27,532 bases of DNA, taken from positions 1-27,532 of the forward strand of contig CAZHPN010000069.1 in assembly GCA_964534375.1 (NCBI GenBank), in the 5' to 3' direction. The stretch comes from an uncultured bacterium (GTDB taxonomy: Bacteria; Lernaellota; Lernaellaia; Lernaellales; Lernaellaceae). Positions 16,369-25,661 of this stretch are shown here, in pieces. Numbering within the stretch: the first letter of the stretch is position 1; every line of letters begins with the position of its first letter. A program made the position numbers and the translations under genes. The notes under the pieces were generated by a model. It was not told the DNA's origin. It was given only the letters and a program-made list of their open reading frames with translations, and did no database searches.

Positions 16369-18025
16369 TGGCTTCCTGTACGGGGAAAATGAGCGTCACG
16401 CACGTTCCCGCCCCTTCCCGACTTTCGACGCGGATCATGCCGCCGGCCGTCGCGGTAAGTTGCTGGCAAACGGCCATGCCCAGGCCTGTGCCCTTGCCTT
16501 GCGGCTTGGTCGTAAAAAACGGGTCGAACATGCGGCCCAAGACCTCGGACGACATCCCCGGGCCCGTGTCGGTCACGTGCAGGCGAACCGTCATCGCGCC
16601 CGCGAACGGTTCGCCCATTTCGGAGAAAATGATGCCACGGCGGCGCAAATCCGTAAAGGGAACCTCGGTTTCGTCCGGCCCGCCGGGCAGGCGGGCTTCC
16701 ATGAGATCGGCCCGGTTGTGGACGGCGGTCTCGGCGAAAATGTCGATCACGCCCCGGCCGTTCATCGCGTCGGCGGCGTTGAGGAGAATGTTGAGCAGGA
16801 TTTGGTTGAAATGCTGTGGATCCATCAACACGCGCGGCAGGCGCTCGGCCGGCGCAAAGCGGATCTCGAGGTTGTCCAGCCCGCGCTGGCCTTTCATCAG
16901 CGACACGGTCTCGGCGGCCCGCGCCGCCACATCGACGGGTTCGGCGAGCGTTTCCTTGACGCGGGCGAAATTCAACAATTCGCGCATGGTGCGATCGATG
17001 CGTTTGATTTCGGTTTCGAGCCGATCGACGACTTTCCGTTCGGCGTCGGGCAGACCGGCGTCGCGCAGGATCTCGACGTAGCCGTAAATGGCGCCCAGCG
17101 GATTGCCGACTTCGTGCGCCACGCCTGCCGCCACGCGGCCGACGTACGCGAGCCGATCCGAATGCAGCAATTGGTCATGGGCGAGTTTCAGTTCTTCGTT
17201 GATCCGCTCCAAGCGTTCGACTTGCCGCCGGCCGACGGCGTCGCGATCTTGCAAGGTCGCCGCCAATTTGCCGAGCGCTCGGCCCAAGCGGCCGATCTCG
17301 CCCGCGCCTTTGGTCTTCAAGGCGACGCGGTAGTCGCCGGTGGACATGTCTTCGGTCGCCGCCACCATCGCGTCGATCGGCTTCACCAGCACCTGCCAAA
17401 GAATGACCGAACCGAACAAGATGATCACCACCGCGTCCAAAAATGCGTACAGGAACAGGAAGTGCCGGGTTTTCGCCAGTGCGTCGATCATGTCGTCGAG
17501 CGGCAGACTGAAGCGCGCGGCCCCGAATACGGCGCCTCCCTGATAAAGCGGGCCGGAAAAAATGACTTCCGGCGCGTTCGATTCCAAGCCCAGAATTCGG
17601 TGGATGAGGAGCCGTTCCGTCATCGCGCGGACGAGATCGGGTTCCGCCAGCGCGAGACCGACCATCGACCCCCGGCTCGACGCGACGATGGCCTCCTCTT
17701 TGTTCACGATGATCAGGCTGCGCAACTCCAGGTTCGTGACCATCGCCTGGACGATCTGGCCGAGCGACACGCGGTCGCCGCCGGGGCGCGTTCGCCATTC
17801 GGCGTTCTCCGACAAATCCAGTTGCGCCTGAATCGCCAACAGCGCGGCGCGACCCTGGGCCCGCTTTTGTTCGATCAAATGGTGCTGCAGCAGACTGGTC
17901 ACCACGGAGCCGAACAAGACGATCATCGCCACGGTCAGGCCGGCGATGAAGAGCACGACGCGCGCCCGCAAACCGGTGAACGGACCGAGCGAAAAATCCT
18001 CGCGAAGTTGCGATTTAGCCGCCAA
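16349..18025 (-). CDS. HAMP-containing sensor histidine kinase, cognate of the regulator, about 558 aa
   Basis: Two TM helices, HAMP, AHEVGNPL H-box, NAADA, DTGPGM, FDPFFTTK, GTGLG; overlaps both neighbours; TTG start uncertain. Confidence 0.94.
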   Translation of the reverse strand: MAAKSQLREDFSLGPFTGLRARVVLFIAGLTVAMIVLFGSVVTSLLQHHLIEQKRAQGRAALLAIQAQLDLSENAEWRTRPGGDRVSLGQIVQAMVTNLELRSLIIVNKEEAIVASSRGSMVGLALAEPDLVRAMTERLLIHRILGLESNAPEVIFSGPLYQGGAVFGAARFSLPLDDMIDALAKTRHFLFLYAFLDAVVIILFGSVILWQVLVKPIDAMVAATEDMSTGDYRVALKTKGAGEIGRLGRALGKLAATLQDRDAVGRRQVERLERINEELKLAHDQLLHSDRLAYVGRVAAGVAHEVGNPLGAIYGYVEILRDAGLPDAERKVVDRLETEIKRIDRTMRELLNFARVKETLAEPVDVAARAAETVSLMKGQRGLDNLEIRFAPAERLPRVLMDPQHFNQILLNILLNAADAMNGRGVIDIFAETAVHNRADLMEARLPGGPDETEVPFTDLRRRGIIFSEMGEPFAGAMTVRLHVTDTGPGMSSEVLGRMFDPFFTTKPQGKGTGLGMAVCQQLTATAGGMIRVESREGAGTCVTLIFPVQEANDQTER

Positions 18026-18794
18026 GGTACCACCGCAAAATCAGCGGACTGAACCAAATCCACAGCACGGCGCCCAACGCCAGAAACGGCCCGAAGGGGA
18101 TTTCGACGCGCCGGTCCTTGCCGAGCAGCAAGATCATCGCGAGCCCGGCCAGCGTGCCGACGAAACTGCCGCACACCATGGTGAACACCACGCCCTTCCA
18201 GCCGATGAACGCCCCAATCATCGCCAACAATTTCGGGTCGCCCATGCCCATGCCCTCGCGCCGGGCCACGAGGTAGTAGCCGCCCGCGACGGCCAGCAAC
18301 GCGCCGCCGCCGAGCAGGATGCCCAGACCGCCGTCGAGCAGACCCTCGCGCCAACCTTCCGACAGGACGAACACGTTCAGCAGCAGTCCGATGGGGATGC
18401 CCGGCAGGCTGATCGCGTTGGGAATGATTTTGAATTGCAAGTCGATCAAGGAGACGACCAGCAGCGCGGCCATCAACACGTACCAAACCAGGCCGGCCCG
18501 CAGCCCGAACCGCAGCAAACTCCCGGCGAGGAGCACGCCGCTGACCATCTCGACCAGAAAATACCGGCCGCTGATCCGGCCCCGGCAACGGCGGCACTTC
18601 CCGTTGAGGAGCAAATACGAGAGCAGCGGAATGTTGTCGTAGAAGCGAATCGGCGCGCCGCAGGTCGGGCAATGACTGCCCGGATAGACAATGGACTCGC
18701 CGCGGGGCAAGCGCCAGACGACGACGTTGAGGAACGAGCCGATCGTGATGCCGAACAAAAAACCGACGATGACGATGAAGACTTGCGGACTCAC
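18015..18794 (-). CDS. pilD: Prepilin peptidase/N-methyltransferase, 259 aa
   Basis: GSFLNVVVWRLP, SHCPTC, GKCRRC, IDL..IIP, GMGMGDPKL, IPFGPFLA. Confidence 0.97.
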   Translation of the reverse strand: MSPQVFIVIVGFLFGITIGSFLNVVVWRLPRGESIVYPGSHCPTCGAPIRFYDNIPLLSYLLLNGKCRRCRGRISGRYFLVEMVSGVLLAGSLLRFGLRAGLVWYVLMAALLVVSLIDLQFKIIPNAISLPGIPIGLLLNVFVLSEGWREGLLDGGLGILLGGGALLAVAGGYYLVARREGMGMGDPKLLAMIGAFIGWKGVVFTMVCGSFVGTLAGLAMILLLGKDRRVEIPFGPFLALGAVLWIWFSPLILRWYLGG

Positions 18795-18828
18795 AAAATC
18801 CCCCGCAAAAACGAAGTTGTTCGCGGCG

Positions 18829-20445
18829 TCACGGCGCCGCCGGGACCGGGCGCACGCGCAAAATCACGACGTCGTCGGCCGACGGCGGCGTCGGGAAGCG
18901 ACGCACCATCGTGAACGAATTCCGCCACTCGGGCTCGGCGAACGCTTCGTACATGGCGATGATCCCCAAATGGTCGACGACGACGTTCACGCCGCGGCTG
19001 CGGAGGTACGCCAGCAATTTCTTCTCCCGAATGGCGCGCGCCGCGTCGGGGTTCACCACGCCATCCAAATCGATCACCGGCAATCCGGAAAACGCCGACT
19101 CGATGCCGCTGTTGAAGGCCGCGGCCCGCAGCCCCGGCTCGGCGGCCGCCATCTGCCGCAACGTCGCCGCCCCGTCCAAATATACTTTCTGCCAATCGTG
19201 AAAGCCATTGCGCAGCAAGCCCGCCCCGGTGCGCGCGAAACCCGCCGCCATGCCCGCGGCCAGCGTCAGCGCCAGCGCGCCGGCGAGCCGCCGCTGGACG
19301 GCGACGCGATCCAAGTAGCCGAGCAGCAACGCCGTCGCCAGCGCAAGCAAAATCTGCGCCGGCAGAAAATACCACATTTTCTGCTGCCAGAAATAAAACA
19401 CGTAAAAAGCCCAAACCGTCGCTCCCCAGAGCAGCGCGGCCGCCGCGCCGCGTTCCCGGGCCTCGAAAACCCGCGTTCCGGACGCCATTTTGCCGGTCAG
19501 CGCCGCCACCGCCAATCCCGCGAGAAAAACGACTGCCAGCGGCGCGCCCGGCAATGACGTGAAACGCAAGAAAAAGTCGAAAACGCCCTTGTTCAACTGC
19601 TGGACGAAAATCGACCATGCCGAATCGCCGGTCAATGCCGCCAGCTTCCGTTGCGTGTAGATCAACGCCGTGAACGAACCTTGCGTCACCGTGCCGAACC
19701 GCGCGAGACTGAAAACCACCCACGGCGAAACGACGGCCACGGCCACGCCGGCGGCGGCGACCGCGCCGACGACCCGCCGCCGCAGGCGCTCCAGATTCCG
19801 CCGCGCCGGCAACCAATGCGCGACCACGACGTCGACCGCCAGCGCGAAGGCGAACAGAATCGCATCGGTGCGCGCCAGCAGCGCCAGGCCGAGCAGCAGC
19901 CCGACCGGCAGCCATTTTTTCGGCGGTGGGTCGCCGCTGCGCAACGGCAGGTAGGCGAGCAAGGTCGCCAGCACGAAGAGAATCATCAGCGGCGCCTCGA
20001 CGCCCATCAACTCGGTGAAGATCGCGAACGGCGAAAGCGCCCAAAAGCCGGCCGCCCACGCGCCGCCGACCGGGCCCGAAACCCGCAGCGCCAATCGCCA
20101 GAGCAAGAAAGCGTTGCCGGCGCCGATGACCGCCAGCGCCAGCGTCAATAACCGGGCCGCGGGGACCGCGCTGCCGGCCAGACGCACGGCCGCCATGGAA
20201 ACCAGCATCCACAGCGGGTGATAGCCGTTGGTGGCCGCGACGCCGTCAAAGGTCGAGCCGTTGCCGGCCAGGATATTTTCGGCGATGCGCAAATAGTAAA
20301 AAGCGTCGTCCGCGAGGCACAGCGGAATCAACCGTTCGGGCGGCTGCGCGGCGAGCGCCAATCGCAGAAAAAAACCGGCCAGGATCAAGGTGACGGCGAC
20401 GAGCGCGAGTCGCCTTTCGCGCCGGTCGGTCGCATTTTGCGCCAT
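18829..20445 (-). CDS. Polytopic GT-C-type (ArnT/PMT-like) glycosyltransferase, 538 aa
   Basis: DDAFYYLRIAENI..G.TFDG..TNGYHPLW first-loop motif, GVE, ARTD, IDLDGVVN; many TM segments; GGGAG RBS before ATG 20445. Confidence 0.75.
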   Translation of the reverse strand: MAQNATDRRERRLALVAVTLILAGFFLRLALAAQPPERLIPLCLADDAFYYLRIAENILAGNGSTFDGVAATNGYHPLWMLVSMAAVRLAGSAVPAARLLTLALAVIGAGNAFLLWRLALRVSGPVGGAWAAGFWALSPFAIFTELMGVEAPLMILFVLATLLAYLPLRSGDPPPKKWLPVGLLLGLALLARTDAILFAFALAVDVVVAHWLPARRNLERLRRRVVGAVAAAGVAVAVVSPWVVFSLARFGTVTQGSFTALIYTQRKLAALTGDSAWSIFVQQLNKGVFDFFLRFTSLPGAPLAVVFLAGLAVAALTGKMASGTRVFEARERGAAAALLWGATVWAFYVFYFWQQKMWYFLPAQILLALATALLLGYLDRVAVQRRLAGALALTLAAGMAAGFARTGAGLLRNGFHDWQKVYLDGAATLRQMAAAEPGLRAAAFNSGIESAFSGLPVIDLDGVVNPDAARAIREKKLLAYLRSRGVNVVVDHLGIIAMYEAFAEPEWRNSFTMVRRFPTPPSADDVVILRVRPVPAAP

Positions 20446-20558
20446 CTGTTCTCCCGATAAGCTGGCACTTTCGGCGCATCCTATCATCCGCGGAAGTTGA
20501 GTGTCCATCAAAACCTGGAAAGCGCGCCGCCCTGATTTTTCGGCGCGCGCTCAATTCC

Positions 20559-20587
20559 TTGAATCCAAATCGGCGCGAGGCTACGAT
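20559..20587 (+). promoter_or_regulatory. Sigma70-type promoter for the methyltransferase gene
   Basis: TTGAAT-17 nt-TACGAT. Confidence 0.5.
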
Positions 20588-20679
20588 GTCCGTCAAATGG
20601 AGAGCGGATTCTCAACCAGCCGAACGAAACCCGCGGCAGCCGACCGCGGGAGCGCGGGGAAAGCGAGAACGCGCGGTCG

Positions 20680-21570
20680 ATGAAACTTTGCCTGCAATGC
20701 GAACGGCAATTCGCTTCGCCGGATTGGCGCTGCCCCAATTGCGGCTGGACGCCGGCGCGAGTTGCCGGCCGTATTTCTTTCGCCCCGGAGCTCGCGGCAG
20801 CGGACGGCAGTTTCCCGCCGGACCAGTTTCCGCATCTGGCCGCCCTCGAGGAAAACTACTTCTGGTTTCGCGCGCGCAACGCCTTGTTGATTTGGGCGCT
20901 GCGAAAGTATTTCGGGCGCGCACGGAGTTTTTTGGAAATCGGCTGCGGCACGGGGTACGTGCTGAAAGGGCTGGCGGAGGCCTTTCCCGATTTGTCCGTT
21001 TCCGGCGCCGAACTCCTCGATCGAGGACTGGCCATCGCCGAACGTCGCGCGCCGCGGGCGACTTTTTTTCAGGCGGACGCGCAGCGCCTGCCGTTCGCGG
21101 AGGAATTCGACGTGGTCGGCGCGTTCGACGTGCTCGAACACGTGAATGACGATCGGGCGATCCTGCGTCAAATGCATCAAGCCGTGCGTCCCGGCGGCGG
21201 CATTCTGGTCACCGTGCCGCAACATCGCTGGCTCTGGGGCGCCGTCGACGACCAGGCCCGTCATCGGCGGCGGTACGACCGCGGCGACCTCGTACGCAAA
21301 GCAGCGGATGCCGGTTTTCGCGTTCTCTTCGTGACGTCGTACGTCGCAGCGCTGCTGCCGTTCATGTTTTTGTGGCGAAATAGGCGCCGGCCGCCGGCAA
21401 GCCTCGCCGATCCGATCGCCGAGTTTCGCATCCACCCGCTGCTGAACCGGTTCTTCGAGATCGTCCTGGCCGGCGAGCGTTTCGCCATCAAGCGCGGCGT
21501 GCGGTTCCCGGTCGGCGGTTCGCTGCTGCTGATCGCGGCGCGACTTGACGCCGGGTTCGCGAGGCCATGA
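20680..21570 (+). CDS. Class I SAM-dependent methyltransferase with N-terminal Zn-ribbon-like CxxC/CxxC, 296 aa
   Basis: CLQC..CPNC; LEIGCGTG motif I; FDVVGAFDVLEH; RPGG..VTVP; HRRRY. Confidence 0.9.
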   Translation: MKLCLQCERQFASPDWRCPNCGWTPARVAGRISFAPELAAADGSFPPDQFPHLAALEENYFWFRARNALLIWALRKYFGRARSFLEIGCGTGYVLKGLAEAFPDLSVSGAELLDRGLAIAERRAPRATFFQADAQRLPFAEEFDVVGAFDVLEHVNDDRAILRQMHQAVRPGGGILVTVPQHRWLWGAVDDQARHRRRYDRGDLVRKAADAGFRVLFVTSYVAALLPFMFLWRNRRRPPASLADPIAEFRIHPLLNRFFEIVLAGERFAIKRGVRFPVGGSLLLIAARLDAGFARP

Positions 21571-21604
21571 GATATCTCGCCGTGGCAATCCCCGGCGACT
21601 TCGT

Positions 21605-21634
21605 TTGACCCGATGAAATCCCATATCGTATAAT
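21605..21634 (+). promoter_or_regulatory. Near-consensus sigma70 promoter
   Basis: TTGACC-18 nt-TATAAT, 29 nt before ATG 21664. Confidence 0.7.
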
Positions 21635-21663
21635 TTTCGCTCCACGTCTGGGCGGAGAGCGGC

Positions 21664-22866
21664 ATGCCCGGCAGCCTGAAGTGTGTAAATTCGTTCCTGG
21701 TCCTGGCGGCCCTTTTGCTCGGCCTCGCCGCTTGCCAGACGCCGGGTGCGCCCCGCTCCCGCCCCGACGATTCCTCGCCGTCCGACGACGATACCTCGCC
21801 GGACGAACCAAGCCCGACGCCGGACGAGCAATGGGGCCTTTGGCACGGCGTGTGGCAGACCAACGAATTCGTCTTCGAGGCGGCGCCGACGCCCGCGACG
21901 TTGTCGCCGGTCATGGCCGCCCTCGCCGACGGCTCGATCGTCGTGGTCAGCACGAGCAAGACGCAAACCGTCGTCGCCGGCGTCGATGTGTACGCGCAAA
22001 CGCTGTATCTCGCGCACAAGCTCGCCGACGGCCAATGGCGTCCGTATCTGGCGCTCGACAGCTTCGGGTGGACCACGCAAAATTCGTCGCTCGCCGTCGA
22101 CGCCGCGGGAGATGTGAACGTCTTATATTCGCGCGAAGGCGCGCCCGCGCATCTGACCGTCGTCGACAACCAGGTTACGCGCGATTCATTAGAAACCGGA
22201 CCGTCGCCGCCGGCCAACGTTTCGCTGGGCTTCGACGCCCTGGGCGAATTGCACGCGGTGTTCGGCGATTGGAGCCTTTCGCATCAAGTGTTGACGACCG
22301 GCGGCTGGCAGGTCGCGGACACCAACGACAACCTGAGTTTTCCGGATATCGTGTTTTACACCAGAGACCAATCCGACCCGGCCGCGCGGCTGATTTGCCT
22401 GCAATACAACGAAACAGGCGTCGGCTATACGCTGATGCACTTCGTTCACGGCGACGCGGGGTGGCAAGGCGGGCCGGTCATGCCGGCCATCGATTTTTAC
22501 GAAGCGCCGCACGCCGTGATCGACTTGACCGGACGAACGAACATTCTCGTGCCGAGCGGGCAAGGGTTGATGTACTTGGTGCAAGATCCCGACGCGGCGG
22601 GCGGTTGGCAAACGGAGATCGTCGCCGGCCAGGACTCGGAAATGGGGTATCAGTCGGCGGCAATCGCTTTGATCGGCGATTCGCCGGTCGCTGTCTTCCG
22701 CGATGAAAGCGAGGCCGACGGGTACGTCAGCTTCCGGACCGCCGGGACGTGGAACACGAGCAAAATCGCCGGATTCAACGGCGGTTTCCTCGGTTTCGGG
22801 CTGGCGGTCGACCCGTCCCAAAACCTCCACGTGATCTTCGCCGGCTACCGCGAAACGCCGGATTGA
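21664..22866 (+). CDS. Lipoprotein, probable beta-propeller, about 400 aa
   Basis: Lipobox LAAC; Asp/Pro/Ser tether; repeated blade-like motifs SLAVDAAGDVNVLY, SLGFDALGELHAVF, AVIDLTGRTNIL, GLAVDPSQNLHVIF. Confidence 0.75.
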   Translation: MPGSLKCVNSFLVLAALLLGLAACQTPGAPRSRPDDSSPSDDDTSPDEPSPTPDEQWGLWHGVWQTNEFVFEAAPTPATLSPVMAALADGSIVVVSTSKTQTVVAGVDVYAQTLYLAHKLADGQWRPYLALDSFGWTTQNSSLAVDAAGDVNVLYSREGAPAHLTVVDNQVTRDSLETGPSPPANVSLGFDALGELHAVFGDWSLSHQVLTTGGWQVADTNDNLSFPDIVFYTRDQSDPAARLICLQYNETGVGYTLMHFVHGDAGWQGGPVMPAIDFYEAPHAVIDLTGRTNILVPSGQGLMYLVQDPDAAGGWQTEIVAGQDSEMGYQSAAIALIGDSPVAVFRDESEADGYVSFRTAGTWNTSKIAGFNGGFLGFGLAVDPSQNLHVIFAGYRETPD

Positions 22867-22923
22867 CGCGACGCCGGCGACCCACGGCGAGGACCGGCGC
22901 TTGCTGCGCCGCCGGCGCGGAAC

Positions 22924-22951
22924 TTGCTTTTGACCGTTGCGCCGTTAAAAT
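22924..22951 (+). promoter_or_regulatory. Possible sigma70 promoter for the kinase-Nudix pair
   Basis: TTGCTT-16 nt-TAAAAT. Confidence 0.4.
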
Positions 22952-23032
22952 GCGAGCGACCAACGTCGAACCGGACCGCGCGCCGCAACCCAGTTGCCTT
23001 GCGGCGTTTTTTCCGTGGAGAACGAACGCGCC

Positions 23033-24469
23033 ATGTTCGAACCGGGCGTCATCCTGTCGGGCAAATACGAGATCATCGAGCAGATCGGCATGGGCGGCAT
23101 GGGCGCCGTGTACCGCGCGCGCGAAACCGACTTCGACTTCGACCGCAGCGTGGCGATCAAGGTGCTGCCGCCCCATTTGATGACCGACGAAAAATTGGTG
23201 CAGCGGTTTCACGAAGAAATCAAGATTCTCGCCAAACTGGAGCACCCGAACATTGTCCCCGTGTACGCCATCGGCAAAGAAAACGGCTGTCTTTTTTACG
23301 TCATGAAATTCTTGAGCGGCGAGACGCTCAAGGCGCGCCTGCGCCGCACCGGGGCGCTGGCGTCGGCGACCGTCGCGCGGGTCGGAACCCAATTGGCGCG
23401 CGCCATCGACCACATCCATCGCGCCGGCGCGATCCACCGCGACATCAAGTCGGTGAACGTCATGCTCGACGACCAGGACAACGCCACGTTGATGGATTTC
23501 GGCATCGCCAAAATCGCCGGCGGCGCCAACCTGACCGCCGCGGGCGAAGTGCTCGGCACGGCGCCGTACATGGCGCCGGAGCAATGGGAAGGGAAAAGCG
23601 ATCCGCGGTCCGATTTTTACGCGCTCGGCGTCATGATGTACGAGGCGCTGGCCGGGTCGCCGCCGTTCTCCGGTTCGAGCCTGTCGGACATCATGGCGGC
23701 CCACCTGCGGCAGCAACCCCCGCCCCTGCGGACGGTGCGCCCGCAGACGTCCGAGCCGCTGGCGGAGGTCGTGCACCGCTGCCTCGCCAAAGACCCGGCC
23801 GACCGCTATGCGACGGCGGCCGATTTGGTCGCGGCGCTCGAGTTTGTCGAGCGTTCGGCGCCGCCCGCGGCGCCGGGCCGGACCGCGCCGGCCCACGTTT
23901 CCGTTTCCGTCCCGGCTCTCGATTCGACGACGGGTTCGCTTCCGTCATCCGCGGCCATCGCGGCGACGGAGGAGTCAAGCACCGAGGCGCCGGCGCCGGC
24001 GCCGCCCGCGCCGTCGGCCTCGGACGCGAGCCCGGCGGCGGCGTTGACGACCGTCGGCCCGGTCGCGCCGGCCGAAAAACGCCGCACGGGATTTCTGTTC
24101 GGCCTCGTCGGCGGCGCGGCGGCGCTGCTGGTTTTCCTGGGCCTGGTCGCCGGCGGCATCCTCGGCGGCGAGACCCTGAGCGAGTTTTTCACCGGTTGGG
24201 GCAATCATTTCTACGCGACGCAGAACTACGGTTCGCCGCCGCTGTTCAACGCGGTGACCTGTTACGAGTTGGCGTTGTTCTACGACCCGCGCAACCCGGC
24301 CGCCTTGAAGGCGCGCCGTAGCGCGGCCGAGAACCTCGCCGCAATGGGCGAATCGTACGCGCGCACCGACGCGGTCCTGGCCGCGAAATATCTCCAATGG
24401 GCGCTCGAATTGGAGCCCGATCCGAATTGGGCGAAACGATATCACAAAATACAGGAGGGCCGCCGGTGA
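23033..24469 (+). CDS. Hanks-type Ser/Thr protein kinase with Ala/Pro/Ser linker, TM helix and TPR-like C-terminus, 478 aa
   Basis: [45 protein letters not shown]-terminal [11 protein letters not shown] and [13 protein letters not shown] upstream of ATG 23033. Confidence 0.95.
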   Translation: MFEPGVILSGKYEIIEQIGMGGMGAVYRARETDFDFDRSVAIKVLPPHLMTDEKLVQRFHEEIKILAKLEHPNIVPVYAIGKENGCLFYVMKFLSGETLKARLRRTGALASATVARVGTQLARAIDHIHRAGAIHRDIKSVNVMLDDQDNATLMDFGIAKIAGGANLTAAGEVLGTAPYMAPEQWEGKSDPRSDFYALGVMMYEALAGSPPFSGSSLSDIMAAHLRQQPPPLRTVRPQTSEPLAEVVHRCLAKDPADRYATAADLVAALEFVERSAPPAAPGRTAPAHVSVSVPALDSTTGSLPSSAAIAATEESSTEAPAPAPPAPSASDASPAAALTTVGPVAPAEKRRTGFLFGLVGGAAALLVFLGLVAGGILGGETLSEFFTGWGNHFYATQNYGSPPLFNAVTCYELALFYDPRNPAALKARRSAAENLAAMGESYARTDAVLAAKYLQWALELEPDPNWAKRYHKIQEGRR

Positions 24470-24873
24470 GGCCTTTGCCGGAGACGCCGCTGCTGACGGT
24501 CGATATCATCATTAGCCTGCCCGACGGCCGCATTGCGCTCATCGAGCGGAAAAATCCGCCGCCGGGTTGGGCCATCCCCGGCGGGTTCGTCGACCGCGGC
24601 GAAACGGTCGAAGCCGCGGCGGTCCGCGAGGCGAAGGAAGAGACGTCGCTCGATGTCGCCCTGGTGCGGCAGATTCACGTCTACTCCGACCCGCGGCGCG
24701 ACCCGCGGTTTCACACCACGTCGGTCGTCTTCGAGGCGACGGCGGTTGGCGAACCGCACGCGCAGGATGACGCCAAAAACGTCGGCCTGTTCACGCCGGC
24801 CCAAGCCCTCGCCCTGCCCCTGGCGTTCGATCATCGTCAGATTCTCGAGGATTACTTTCAAAGAAAATACTAG
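24466..24873 (+). CDS. Nudix hydrolase, 135 aa
   Basis: Nudix box [44 protein letters not shown] overlap with the kinase stop. Confidence 0.93.
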   Translation: MRPLPETPLLTVDIIISLPDGRIALIERKNPPPGWAIPGGFVDRGETVEAAAVREAKEETSLDVALVRQIHVYSDPRRDPRFHTTSVVFEATAVGEPHAQDDAKNVGLFTPAQALALPLAFDHRQILEDYFQRKY

Positions 24874-24971
24874 GCGGGCCGCAGCCGGCCGCGAAAACAG
24901 CCCCGCGTCGCCCGAACGCTCCGGCGCCGCGTGAATTTTCGCCCCTTCCCGGCGGCCAATGCGCGCGATTC

Positions 24972-25000
24972 TTGGTGTTATTATCAGATATAAGTATTAT
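24972..25000 (+). promoter_or_regulatory. Possible sigma70 promoter in an AT-rich patch
   Basis: TTGGTG-17 nt-TATTAT upstream of the structured region. Confidence 0.4.
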
Positions 25001-25006
25001 TGTTCG

Positions 25007-25104
25007 CGGCGCAGCCCCAGGGATGGACGGTCGCTTCGGCAAGCCGTCTATTTGCGGGGTCGAAACCCGCATCACTCTGAGAAGACGACTGTTCTCGTTT
25101 TTTT
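25007..25104 (+). ncRNA. Candidate structured RNA or leader; family not recognised
   Basis: Stem ATGGACGG/CCGTCTAT capped by C(UUCG)G; stem TGCGGG/CCCGCA with a 7-nt loop; closing CAGGG/CTCTG; then GAGAA/TTCTC hairpin and T7. Confidence 0.4.
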
Positions 25105-25125
25105 CGCGCGTGAAATAATTTCCGC

Positions 25126-25170
25126 TTGACTTCGTGGGGAAAAGTGGGGATTAATGGCGAACAGTGTGGA
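25126..25170 (+). promoter_or_regulatory. mraZ promoter with MraZ-box direct repeats
   Basis: TTGACT -35 followed by 10-bp-period GTGGGGA (25134), GTGGGGA (25144), ATGGCGA (25154), GTGTGGA (25164), matching the known GTGGG-type MraZ operator repeats. Confidence 0.85.
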
Positions 25171-25205
25171 TGCCACCAAAAAACAGCGAGTGAAAGGGCC
25201 GGCGC

Positions 25206-25661
25206 GTGTTGTTCCAAGGCGTACTCCCGATCAAGGTCGACAGCAAGGGGCGAGCGGGCGTACCCAAGGAATATCGCGAGCTTTTCGCCAAGGAAGGCCA
25301 GGATTCGTTGGTGCTGACCAGCTTCATGGTCAAGAATGCGCCTTGCCTGGACGCGTTGCCGGTTCCGGTCTGGGAAAAGTTCCTGCGCAAGTTCGAAAAA
25401 CAGCCCCAGTTCGACGAGCAGGTCGAAATTTTCGGCACGTTTTACGTGAACCCGGCGCGGACGGTCGCATTCGACACGGCCGGGCGCATTTTGATCCCGC
25501 AGCCGTTGCGGGAATGGGCGCAGCTCGATCACGAAGTCGTCGTGGTCGGCGCGCTCGATCGGTTCCGGTTCTGGAACGCGGAACTGTGGACGAAATTCCA
25601 CCAGGAGACGGCAAAACAGTTCCCGGCCGCCAAGCAAGCCTTGGCGTCGGTGCTGAGTTGA
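25206..25661 (+). CDS. mraZ: Division/cell-wall cluster transcriptional regulator MraZ, 151 aa
   Basis: VDSKGR and FDTAGRILIP motifs, VVVGALDRFRFW; directly upstream of rsmH. Confidence 0.93.
   Translation: MLFQGVLPIKVDSKGRAGVPKEYRELFAKEGQDSLVLTSFMVKNAPCLDALPVPVWEKFLRKFEKQPQFDEQVEIFGTFYVNPARTVAFDTAGRILIPQPLREWAQLDHEVVVVGALDRFRFWNAELWTKFHQETAKQFPAAKQALASVLS

Noticed and set aside
14965..18025. Naming the two-component pair pilR/pilS
   Set aside because: Orthology cannot be established by eye, and the HAMP-type kinase differs from canonical multi-TM PilS; symbols left blank.
24972..25002. AT-rich patch as a dif/Xer site
   Set aside because: No match to the XerD arm TTATGTTAAAT; a promoter reading fits better.
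25154..25660. N-terminal extension of RsmH in the 477-aa ORF
   Set aside because: Overlaps mraZ out of frame; RsmH similarity begins at ATG 25661.
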